DNA from: Phoronis australis
Taxonomy: Eukaryota; Animalia; Phoronida
DNA: 64,000 nucleotides
Assembly: GCA_002633005.1 (NCBI GenBank)
Contig: NMRA01000429.1
Span: 331,322 to 395,321 of the forward strand
Direction of reading: 5' to 3'
Shown here in pieces: positions 27,034 through 38,800 of the stretch. Every line of letters starts with the position of its first letter. The stretch's first letter is position 1. Under the pieces are notes generated by a model, which worked only from the letters and a program-made list of their open reading frames with translations, ran no database searches and had not been told where the DNA came from. The position numbers and the translations under genes are program-made.

Positions 27034-27641
27034 TAACCTAGTTGCAGGACTTCGCAAAAATCACGTGCTCTATTTTAAAGTTCACAGCAATATCTCGTAT
27101 AATCTCGCGAGGTCTTGCTTTCTAGCAAGGTCCTAGCATTATTGAGCTCTATCCGGGGATTCGGAGTTGAACCGGACGTTGTGGAACTCTGGGAAGGAAT
27201 TTGCCTCCAAGGACGCTGGTGTGTGCGACCATTCGTGACTATCATTATTTTAGTGACTTCCGTCTCAAGGTAAGTAGACTATCGATACCTTGTTGAATGT
27301 ACGTAAGATTTTATTGCGAAAGACATTGCGGAGCTCGCAAGAAGACCTCAGAAGTAGGCAAACTTAGTTTAAGTTAGCCAGCTAGCCTACTGCCTGGGCC
27401 TGGGGCTGGAAAAAGTTTATGTCATTTGCCATGCCATAGCCATAGATAGACATAGTTACTCGTCTATGACTGTGGCTTATGGCTCTCTGATGCAGGGTGT
27501 AAGAGGAGCTATGGATAATGCGATGCATGGATTTTGCCCTGAAATTTATCAGCACTGAGTGTGGTATAACATCTGAGAAACAAGAGTCTAACACCCTTCT
27601 ACGTCGATCATAGACAGTGACCATTGTCTCTAGCTCAGTAG

Positions 27642-28541
27642 TAGGCAATGACCATCGCCTCTGTTGGCCCGAAGCAGAGGCGATGTAGAGGCTATAGGCA
27701 CTCTGTACGCCGGAAGCTTTTCGGCGAATTATGCCTCGCACCGACTAAACCATCAAAGTCACGTTGTTACAAATACCTTTTGCGCATAGAGGAACACCTT
27801 AGGAGGTTGTCGATGTGTTTAATTCCTTCCAACTCGAACAAATACTGCCGTTATGAAACTTTTTCTTCGAGCAGTCCCTATTTCAGTTCCCAAAATCGTG
27901 AACTCAACTTTTTTATACTGCGCACGCTCCAATTCATGACCTCAATCTTTAAATAGGCCAAAGGTGAGCCATTGCGGTCTTGGCAGTCAAATGTTCGTTT
28001 CCAAAATGCCACCACTTATACTTGTCTTTAATTGGCGTTACTTGAAACTGATTGTATTTCAATGAATCATTGTTTGTATTTGATAAAAACAAATGCTGTT
28101 GATATGACATTTAATAGTCTTTTTGCACATATTTGACATTTTAATGTTTAACAACACGGCAAATGCACGGCTGGTTCCCGGCAGCACGTACGCGAAGGGC
28201 GGGAACTTCAGCTTTCAAAGTTCGCCGGTAGGTCCGCAACTTCTGACCTTCGGCCTGGTTAAAAAAATGAAAAAGTTGAGTTCACGATTTTGGGAACTGA
28301 AATAGGGACTGCTCAAAGAAAAACTTTCATAACGGGAGTATTTGTTCGAGTTGAAAGGAATTAAACACACCGACAACCTCCTAAGGTGTTCTTCTATGCG
28401 CAAAAGGTAGTTGTAACAACGTGACTTTGATGGTTTAGTCGGTGCGAGGCATAATTCGCCGAAAAGCTTCCGGCGTACAGAGCGCCTATAGCCTCTACAT
28501 CGCCTCTGCTTCGGGCCAACAGAGGCGATGGTCATTGCCTA
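27642..28541. mobile_element. Complete 900-bp foldback DNA transposon with ~270-bp TIRs (Academ- or Mutator-like), copy B
   Basis: TAGGCAATGACC...GGTCATTGCCTA termini. The TIRs give near-identical spurious ORFs on opposite strands (27648+, 28535-). Confidence 0.8.
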
Positions 28542-29039
28542 GTGCGGATATCGCTCCCGTGGGTTAAATTAGCCAATCAGTTCTTAGCATGATATACCTT
28601 ATTATGTTATGGGCAGCCTTTGCACAGGATCCGTATGTTAATACTGGTTGTTCCGCCCAAATGTGGCCGAATATCAGTGTCCCATGTACATGCGGTCAGC
28701 TCTTCGTCTATAATCAGCTAAGGTTCTCACAAGGTCTGAGAGCTTGGCCCGGAGGTGTGCGGCGCTTGTCATTTTGTGCTGGTCGTGCCCAACTGCAGCA
28801 CAGTACAGGACAGTTATATTAATGGCTACTTACATGTAGCTAAAGGACTTAATAGCTCTGTAAACTGTGTATGTCAGCTTGATCGCATTTTAGAGGTTTC
28901 ATTTGGAAATATACATTCCTGATGTCAACGAATACTCTTTTAAGGCCTTCTGTAGCCAATTGTTCAATGAAGGGATCAGACCATGCGCTTGTACTTCATA
29001 AATGATAGTGTGGGTAGAAAACCTGTGTCAGTTCTAAGA

Positions 29040-29820
29040 ATTAATGTTTTGAAGCGTGTAATACTGGAGAAGTTACAGTATCAAGCTGCCTTACTCATAA
29101 CCGGAGCTTACATGGGATCCAATAGTGTTAAGATTTTGAATAGTCTCAAGTGGCCCAAACTGTCTACCCGACACAATCTTCACAAGACCACACTCACTTT
29201 CAGAGTAATAAACAATGTCAACAACGTATCTGTCAAAAAATGTTTGATCTTTACACTAGATAAGGCCACCGTAGTGATTTTAGATCCTCCACCCCATATG
29301 CAATTCCTCCGTCGTTCAGTCCGGAATTCAGAAGGTCTACAGTCATGATGTGAATCAACAACTAGAATTATCTTCCTGTCTCTGTTAAGAAAAGCAACTC
29401 TTTTACGAGTATAACAAATAATTTTAGACCTGCTTTTTATAATTTTGATAACTCAACACCCTTGACTCAATTCTCTTTTCCTTGCGATAACGAAATAGCA
29501 TTGTCCAGATGAAGATGTGGTCTTGTCCTCAACTCTGACAAGTTCAGGCATAACTTTTAAGTAATGTCTCTCCAAACTGTAAATGTGGTGACCATCAATC
29601 TTATCCTCATATGTTCTTCAAATGTCTCCTCATCGAATACCTGAGAGACTCATTCTTTCGTCCACTTAATGGAAACCAATCAATTCTTAACGCTCTCAAT
29701 TCTTGTAATAATATCCCTACTAGAGTTACATTATTATTGAATAGTAGTCCTAACCTTGACGTAGTTCTCAATGAATTCCTCCTAAGCAAAGTTAGTAAAT
29801 TTTTATGTACCGTTCATTAA
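29040..29820 (+). mobile_element. Degraded CR1/L2-group LINE 3' portion
   Basis: LEKLQYQAALLITGA...L.W..L..R, followed by a C-terminal C.CG...H.F..C zinc-finger remnant. Confidence 0.65.
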
Positions 29821-30680
29821 TATTGTTGTTACTGATTTCCATGCATGAATCTGTAAATATTTTTGTTTTTATATATTCGTAACAGCATATCTAAGTATTG
29901 GAATACTTATATTATATACTACTTAAATGTATATACATCTATGTATATTAGTTTCACTTCTAAATTGTTTACATCCCAGATATAATGCTTCGCGATTTCT
30001 GGGTTTGTCTTTATTTCTTTGTTTGTTCTGTGTATTCTTCCATAAATATATATCACTGTAAAAACATAGCCCTGAATTATTTCCTTGCTAATGTTCCATG
30101 GACATTCACCATGCACAACCAGGGTTAGAACGGAAAGTTAATCTTACATGCATACTTTCTCATACACATTTTGAAACTCGTACCAAATCCAAGAAGCTTT
30201 ACATTGGCAAGAAAAAATGGCTACAATAATCTGTTTGCTTGTTAAATCTTACAAGTGCATTGCCTAAACCAAGGACAGTTTTCATATAGTTTCAAATTCA
30301 AACCCAGACAGCAGCACTATTTTTAACTAAATATTGCTAACATGAAGCTCTTCCTGCAATGTGGGTGTAGACAGCCCAATACCACAACCGTGGTGCTTGT
30401 TTCAATGTGTATATTTGGATGTCTATTACTTCCAAGTACTCCGCCAAATTAATAAATACCTGAAAAAAATGATGAAAAATTATCAAACATAACAGTATGT
30501 TATAGCTTCTTAACAATCCAGACATAACCCATTTACCGGGAATGTTATGCATGTAAAATCTAGGGCGGATCCATTATTTTGAGTTAGGGAGGTCAGGGCA
30601 GACTTGTAGGCAGGATTTCGACCGTCAGATATTTGCACCCCCAACTGCCAAGTGGAATCTGGGAGAATTTTGGGGGGGGN

Positions 30681-30885
30681 TTCCGGCGTACAGAGCGCCT
30701 ATAGCCTCTACATCGCCTCTGCTTCGGGCCAACAGAGGCGATGGTCATTGCCTAAGTAGCTGGCTGACTGGCTGAATAGTCGGAGACGGTGAAGCATAGG
30801 CGCTTCATGTACACCGGAAGCTTTTCGGCGAGTTATGCCTCACATCAATTAAACAATCAAAGTCAGGTTGTTATAAGTTCCTTTT
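30681..30885. mobile_element. Right terminus of the TAGG foldback element (30681-30754) followed by an older diverged TIR fragment
   Basis: Identical to 28468-28541 immediately after an N; 30795-30885 resembles the left-TIR interior. Confidence 0.7.
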
Positions 30886-31339
30886 GTGGGATTGTAACCT
30901 CTTACCTTTTACAAAATTCTGCAAAAGAAAGTTGTTTCTCTTTAAGGGTTGTGTGTTCACAGAATTAAGTGATCCCCATCCATCATGCCATCGTATGCAG
31001 AAGAAAATGTTGTGCTCAGAGAGAAAATTGCTGAGGTCAGTAAAACTTTGTAAGCTGTCTTGTATGTTTGGTAATTAGGATCAACTCAGCTGAGGCTGGG
31101 AAGCTATGACACTTCCTAATTTAAATCTGTCTAATATCCGTTGGAAGACAATTGTGCTTAGAGTAAATTACAGCATATCCACAAAAGTCTAAATTCACAC
31201 TAGACTATTTTCACCCAATGGGCACATTTTGCGAAACCAACTTTCAGTATACAGTAAATGAGGCATTCCGATTTGTCAAATTTTGAATGACATTTGTTAC
31301 ATTTGACTTTTTGGTTGAATGCAGTTAAGGTTAATGGTG

Positions 31340-32155
31340 ACAGTAGTAATCCATAGAATTCTAGTGTCACCATTAAGAAGTGCAACCTTTGCAGCATACA
31401 GGGGTCTAAAAATAGACAAGACAATATCTTTTTACCAAATTTTCCAAGTTATATTTACAAAATTTTGCATAATAAATCACAAGGCCAGGATAAATATTTA
31501 TGACACCTTAGTACAGTCACTTCAGACAGCTTGTAAGTATAAAAACAAGTGGTCATCTGAGATAGATATAAACGGTGTTATAAATAATCTAAATTTTAGT
31601 GTCTCTGATACATGGTGGAGAAAAGTAAATAAACTCCCCTTCAATTGTACAAAAGATACAAAATTGCGTTGATTTCGATACCGCTTAATTCACAGAAAAT
31701 TGCCAACGAATAATTATTTGCATAAAATTAAAATAAAAACAAGTGATTTATGCTCTTTCTGTGGTGAACACAGTGAAACTTTTCTCCATCTCTTTTGGGA
31801 ATTTCGTCTTGTCTCTGGTTTCTGGCACATGTTTGTTGAGTGGTTAAAACAAACATATCATGTAAATTTTCACGTGGACAAAATAACAGTGTTTTGTGGT
31901 TTTTTGGGAAACATTCAATGGTAAAATTGCAACATTAATCTGTTGATCATGCTAGCAAAAAATTTCATATTTAGCCAAAAGTTTGTTACATAAATCTCAA
32001 TTTCCAAATATTCATAAACTTTATTAAATTATATCCTGAAGAAAATATGGTACTTGTTGACTAGTGATTTAATGTTATTCTTTGTAAACGATGTATACTG
32101 TATTGTTTTATGTCACATGTAATTATCATGCTAGAGCTAAACAAAAATATTAAAA
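31340..32155 (+). mobile_element. Tx1/L1-type LINE 3' end (zf-RVT region), degraded
   Basis: KDTKLR*FRYRLIHRKLPTNNYLHKIKIKTSDLCSFCGEHSETFLHLFWE...FW; A-rich tail. Confidence 0.75.
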
Positions 32156-32749
32156 AAATGGGGACAAGGTGGAATATGTAGAATGGTGGAGAGTTAATGA
32201 CCAATTTATTTGCCATTTTGTATTCTTAATGAAATGAAAAGGTCTTACTGATTGAGTTAGAATGACCCTATCGCATGCTAGATGGTGCCATACTCTGCCT
32301 ACTAGTAGGCTACATGGCAATGTCCTCCTGATATAATATGTGACCTATTTTGCATTTGGATATGCAAATAGTCCAAGCGACATTTTACTTTGAAAAGTCA
32401 ACATGTTGTAAAAAAAAGAACACGATAGCACACATTATATTGTCACGTGTTAGGGTCAAGGTGGTGGAGTTGATGCCAAGGTAATTTTTGTTGGTGAAAA
32501 CAACTGGGACAGAAAAAACTTAAGGTAATTTACAAAAACATGTTGAGATAGCTTTACCATGACCCAAGACGAGGAAAATACTCGAGTCTCGCATTCCGTC
32601 TAATTTGACAGTTTTAACATATAGCATGCTATCAGATTGTTAGATTTACAACATTAATTAGTCCGCATTAAAGTTGGTGGTTTCTAATGGCAGTCACATT
32701 TGAGTAGCATTCAGAATTGCCTTAATAACAGGTAGTGTAATGTTTCCAG

Positions 32750-32862
32750 TTGGAGAAAGAGAAGAAGGCTATTAAAGACGAAATAGAGAAGTTGAGACAT
32801 GAACAGAACAAGTTGTCCTACAAAACTCAGAAGAGTGTTATTGAAGTGCGGGGACTTGAAGA
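32750..32862 (+). CDS. Coiled-coil gene exon (LEKEKKAIKDEIEKLRHEQNKL...)
   Basis: tttccag acceptor; GA|gtgagt donor (phase 2) is compatible with the next exon. Confidence 0.55.
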
Positions 32863-35800
32863 GTGAGTAAGATGGAGACCATTCTCTAGACAATGTTTCT
32901 TGTGAGAAAAGCAAGGTCATGCAAGACCTTGCAAAATATCATCATGTAAGTGTTTTGCAATAATAAAGCTCAGGAATTTACCACGCTATCTTAGCAAATT
33001 TCTGCCACTGAAGTGATCGGTGGATGAAGTTGAAGTTAGTGTTGAATCGTGAGATTGGACTCATCACTGTTTTCATATCATAAGTGAACATTTTTACGCA
33101 AATACAAGCTTATGTTTTGAGGTCTACTGAATGCAACCCGTGTTTGGCTGAATGGACTCGATCACTTAATATGTAGACAGGCGTACACCAGAGTATCTAT
33201 ATGGGGCCAAAGTCTTGCTTTCAGCCATGTTTTACATTGCTATAATGGCCATTGTACTGGATCCCTTCATGTTGTATAACTTAACAGGAGCTTACCCGCA
33301 CGTCAATTGTCAAATAACTACAAATTTTAGAGATTTTCATCAGACAGTCTTGTGTAGTAATGGTCTACTCGGTTTTTAATTGATTAAATGTCGAAGTAGG
33401 TGGTAACGCATCAGATTCTGGATTTTGATTGCCCAGGTTAGTATCTATACCATTGCGCTCTCTGGTGACGAATCTTAGAGCAAGATTCATGCACCTCATT
33501 ATCCATGGTTCATGCTGAGCTTAGCTGGACATGTTTGACTTCTGTTGAAATGAATACTGTTTTCTGCTTTATGATAGGCTAATCAGCAGAATACACAAAC
33601 TCAATTACAGACTGACTTGGTGAATGTAGGCACCTATTACTATGTGGGTGAATCTTGTCCCTTATCTTTATGAAGTGAGATGCCTTTAGCTTTTCATCCA
33701 CCAATGTTCGTAACAATATAAGGTGCACAGTAGTTTGCACTTGCTAGAAAAACATAGTAAATTGTACTATTTGCATAATACAAATTATCCGCTATAGTTG
33801 AATGCCTGAATTTGAACTCAAGTCAAGTAACACAACATAGGTTCAAGCTGTGTGCTAATCCAAACTGATTTGACAAAAGCACAAAGTTGTCACAATTAGG
33901 CAAAGCACAGTCATGTCGTAATGGCACCTCCATCAAGTGCATAAGAGTTGAAATGATGATGTTGCTCATTCTGTGTACTATAGTGACTATAATGAAGTCA
34001 TGATGTTGACTCCATCATTGTAGTAACCAGCCAAGTCACAACATAGGCTTTGTGTATGTGATCCAACTTATGACGTTGACTACAATTCTTGACATTGACT
34101 CCATCTGTATATTGTTGTAACTAGTTAATTCATGACATTGACTGCATCTGTATATTGTTGTAACTAGACAATTCATGACATTGACTCTATCTGTATATTG
34201 TTGCCACCAGTCAATTCATGACATTGACTTCACCTGTATATTGCTGTAACTAGTCAAGTCATGACACTGACTCCATAACTCTGTATACTGCAGGCACAGG
34301 TTAACTCAAGATGTTGATTCCACACTGTTTTTGCAGTCACAGGGCAAGTCAAGAAGTTGATCCCCAATTACAAAAGGAGTTAGAAGACCTTGAGGCTAGA
34401 CATCGACAAGAAATGGAACAGCTACAAAAACAGTTTGATGACGACTGTGACGAGTTGAGAAAGGTAAGTTAATGAGTGGTATGCTGCTGGATGCTTCTAA
34501 GAACTGCCCATTTTGACATCCTCCTTGGCCTTCCCTTCTGTCCCTGGCAGAGAGGTTTTAGGGAAAATTTAACGTCGGCAAAATATGTACCATAATGTTG
34601 AATTGGTTGAAGAAAATACAACCTACCTCTAACACAAACCTTTGGCTAAGAAAGTTAGGTACTTGTTTTATGAAGTGACAGGGCTTTGTTTTTCCAATGA
34701 ATGGGGTTACTATTTGGGGTTACTGGCTTCCCGAAATTGGGCCACATCAGTTAGACTTATATTGTCGAATTATGGATTCCACGAAGTTTGGTTAAATCAA
34801 GGCGTTGTGTGTGAAAATACTTTTCTGCTAGTTTTTAGGCAGTGAATAAGGAATTGTTATTTGCAGGGATAGAGACAAAATGTTGAGAGAAATCCTAAAC
34901 TGTGTATTAAATTGTAACTATTTATAATGAATTTAAAAAGGAATTCAAATTGGAAATTTTTTTAAGTTTGAGTATACCCATGCACAAATTATGTCATGGT
35001 ACGTTTTCATTGCTCCAGCCACAGTCTTGTGATTGAAGTAGGCAGGCTCTTGAATTTGGATAGGGCAAACAGAGTGTGTCCCTTCTGCCCCAATGTTGTA
35101 GAAGACGAGTATCATTTCCTTCTAAGCTGTGATAAATATTTTGAACTGAGAGAAAATTATATTGAAGTGTACTTCTGGAATTTTCACTAGCCATATTTTT
35201 GTCTGTTTAGTTTGCCATACCTTTCCCACATCAGAAAATTTCTGGTTTGTGTAAGGATATGTAGGGGCTTATCTACAAGTCTGTCTATTTAGTCAAATAT
35301 ATTGGAAACTATAAAAATTAAGGATAAGCTTAATTTGTTGGTATAGTTTGATGGTCTTATGTAGGGATGAGATGTGTAACTATCTTCGATAATCTCTCCT
35401 AGTCTTTTCACAAGTAGTTTTAAATTACATAATCACTTAATTTTTGTAATTCTGATTATCTGTAACACAATGTATTTTTTATTCTCTGGTGGCTCCGTGG
35501 TCAGCGGACCTTTCGGGTCCTTCACGGAGTCTCCATAAGCGTAAATCTGCATCAAGTGTATTTTTTGTCTTAATGTGAATAAAGTGTATTATACTACTAC
35601 TAACTATGTTTGTGAGCCAGTAAAGAACATGTGTTGCTATTGTCCAGCAAAACAGAGAGTCTGAGGATGCAATGACGGAGCTGTGTCAAAGGGAGAAGTT
35701 CTTGGAAACGGAACTTAAGAAACTTGACGAAAGCAAAGGGAAGGCAAAGAAGAGAATAGATGAGCTCCACACCCAACTGAAAGGTCTAGAACTGAAGTTG

Positions 35801-38800
35801 AATGCCAAGAAACGGGGCAGTATCCTTGGTGGAGTGTGTAAGGTAGAGTTGATGTGTACGGGCATTCAACTCATATCATGGTACTGGTGGAATGGCTATG
35901 AGCAGTTGAACACGTGGCAACTACCTATCGAAAATCTCAATAACACAGCTGTTTCTCAGTCTGTAGTCTCAAATGGGAGCCCAGCCACAATTTTTGAAGG
36001 AAAAATTCCGGGTCACTGCTAAAAGCGGTACTTATGTCAGTGGTATTATTTGTTTTTGTTTTATCATGCTATCCAGTAGGGAGGGGTGGGATAAATCCAC
36101 CTACACTGGTTTGAGCTGAATCTCGCATGGATACATACATTTGAGAGAGCTAGAGGTCTTTTAAACTTTTCTTAATCATAAGAATTTCTTGTAGTACTTA
36201 TGTTCATCTCTTGAAAAACTACCTGGTTGAATTTCTGGAGATGCTGTCTGATTGTACAGTGGCATCAGAACCAATTTGGATTGAAATAACTAAAATGACT
36301 CAATATCCTTTTGTTGTCTACCCATACTTAATATCTGATTCTCCCAAAACAGGCCTCAGACAGTTTTGTACAACATTTCATACCGTATATCCAGAAATAG
36401 GTGCATGCACCCAAAACCAAGAGAACATTGTTTAAAATATTCCTTGAGTGTAAATTTACTTTAACTGTTACACAATGATAGATGCATTCATGCTTCCAAT
36501 TTAGCACTGAGAATAGTTTAAGACATTAACATAAGAGGGGGTTAATGTCTGTGCTTGTAAAGGAAGAGACATGACGTGCATGCATATGCAAAACACGAGC
36601 AAAATCTTTCCTATGAAAAAGCCATTATTTTGGATACGGGCACAAACTGGGCTTACGTATGCTCATGTCCATTTAATTAACTTGTCATACGTAGTGTTTC
36701 ATTGTTTCAGGCCAGTTGTGATCATGAGAAGACTCTAGAGCTACTGAATAGTCGCGTAAAGGAGATGGAGATTGTCAACACAGAGCTGATGGTAGAGAAT
36801 GAAACTGCCAAACAACAAGTGGACATTCTGCTCAGTGATTGGACAGTTCGAGAGGCAGAGTTGTCACAAGCTGAGGAGGACTTTAAGCAAAGGGTGAGTT
36901 TCAATAACGTTTTTTCTGACTCTTTTTTGCGTTCTTTATGACAGAATCCGAAATCTTGTGACGTTTCACGAAATGTTACAGGCTCACATGATGCGCAAAG
37001 AATTTGTCTTTGGGACAGATTTTTAAGGGTGCTGATGGGCATCATAGCTGCTGTGGAAATGTGATACTATTTTAAATGTTCCTGTGGTAGTCTCAGACGT
37101 TCATTTAACATTTGGTACAATCACAAGACCCGTGGACTCGTCTTTCTCTCATTACTTTCCTTTTTGTAATAAAGTGCCGTCCACACGCAGACTTACCCTT
37201 AGTACATGTTACTCCTGGAATGAGGTATGAGTTCTCGCTAGGTTTGAATGCTGTGTGGATGCTATAATTTAAACTAGCGCAGTTTACTTCACTTCTAATC
37301 GCTGTGTGGCTGCAAACCTGGGGTAAGGCAGAAATAATTATCTGCTGCAGTTTCATTCAGATGGGTCTTCTTTTGTGTATTGTAATCGCATCAGCTGTAC
37401 ATTGTCATACACAGAATGACAACATATTATGCCTTACACTAGTTCTTGGATAAAGTGGGGCAAGTTGCACTAAGTGCAAGTTGTTCTATGGCAGGCTGTG
37501 TGTGGACGAGACTTAAGATAGGAGCTACTTAGGGTAACCACAAATTTGTAATCAGTCAGCACCATTTTGATTCAGCGAATGGGTGTATAAAAGTGGGGCG
37601 ATTTCTAGACCAGTGTCTCAACAAGCTAGCTTGTCTCAGTCCATTTTTGCACTGCATGTGGCCTCAGGTATTAATGAACTGTCAGGTTTTTATTAAAAGT
37701 CCAGAAACCGCTACTCATCTGAGTAGGGCCAAAGTTGAGAAGTTTAATCATGAGGTAAGTCAAGCTTAGTTTAAATTCTCTCAATTGATGGAACGCTAGT
37801 TTGCAGCAATTTTAATTTCTGCATCCCATTTTAGGAGAATGGTTTTTTACCCATTCAGTAAGAGCAAACTTAAGATATAGAATACAAGATCTTTGAAATG
37901 TGCTGAAAACTTTGAACTTGTAGAAAAATCTTTTAAACTGGTCGCTGTTGAATTCTGTTGATTCTTTGTTTGTGCTTTCAAATGACTACACTCAATGTGG
38001 TTACGCGGTGGTTTTGTCCAATAATTAACACTGGCAGTGGCGGTCTGTGTCTACCGTTTTTAATACAATGCATTGTTTCTCCTATTGTAGTTGCAAAACA
38101 AATGGCAGGAAAGATACCGCAAGTGGATGGAGACAACGGAAGCCAAAATAGTAGAGCTGCAACGAGCCAACCAAGTATTGTGAGTAATTTTTATGCTGCA
38201 ACGCGTTTTTATTGACTGAAAACAATAGGGAACCGTGTGTGCTGTAGGCTATGTGCTTTGGTAGTATTGAACACATGGTAAAAACTCACTGAAATCAGTA
38301 GGGTTTTGAAGTTAGTTTGCTTAACTGCACCATGGCGAGGTCGTCATTTTAATGCCTGGTAAAAACTGTAGTTTTTCAGTCATTCACCTTCAGTTGACAA
38401 ACAAGATACCTGAGGTCCACACCGTATAGGAAAATGCACTTCATGATTGTGCAGTAATTTTCCACTTGTTTCGTACGTATAACAATTGCCAAAATTGTCA
38501 TTTTTAAAAGACCTATTACTAATTTCTAAAAAAATTGGAAACTTTACCAAATGCTGCTGTGAGGATTCTACACAGTGCAAACCATGCAGATGTCTACCTT
38601 CAAGGTAGCATTTGATGGAAACTGGTAGAAATACACTTTGGTATAAAAAACAATTGTGTGCACCCATACTAATGACTTTTGTGTGATAATAAAAATGTGC
38701 TATTGTCCCAAAGACTTACCCTTGTAATCCAGTGTTGTCTTTCAATTTTATAACAGTTCAATGTTAGTTATGAAAGGAGAACATTCACCTTTGTGAATGT

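Noticed and set aside
25825-28535. Repeated ORFs MTIASVGPKQ..., MRGIIRRKAS... and MHIFDILMF...
   Set aside because: Translations of transposon TIR and core sequence; they recur only because the DNA is repeated and show no protein motifs.
34088-34350. CRISPR-like regular repeats (also 55200-55361)
   Set aside because: Head-to-tail units with no unique spacers, no cas genes and a eukaryotic context: these are minisatellites.
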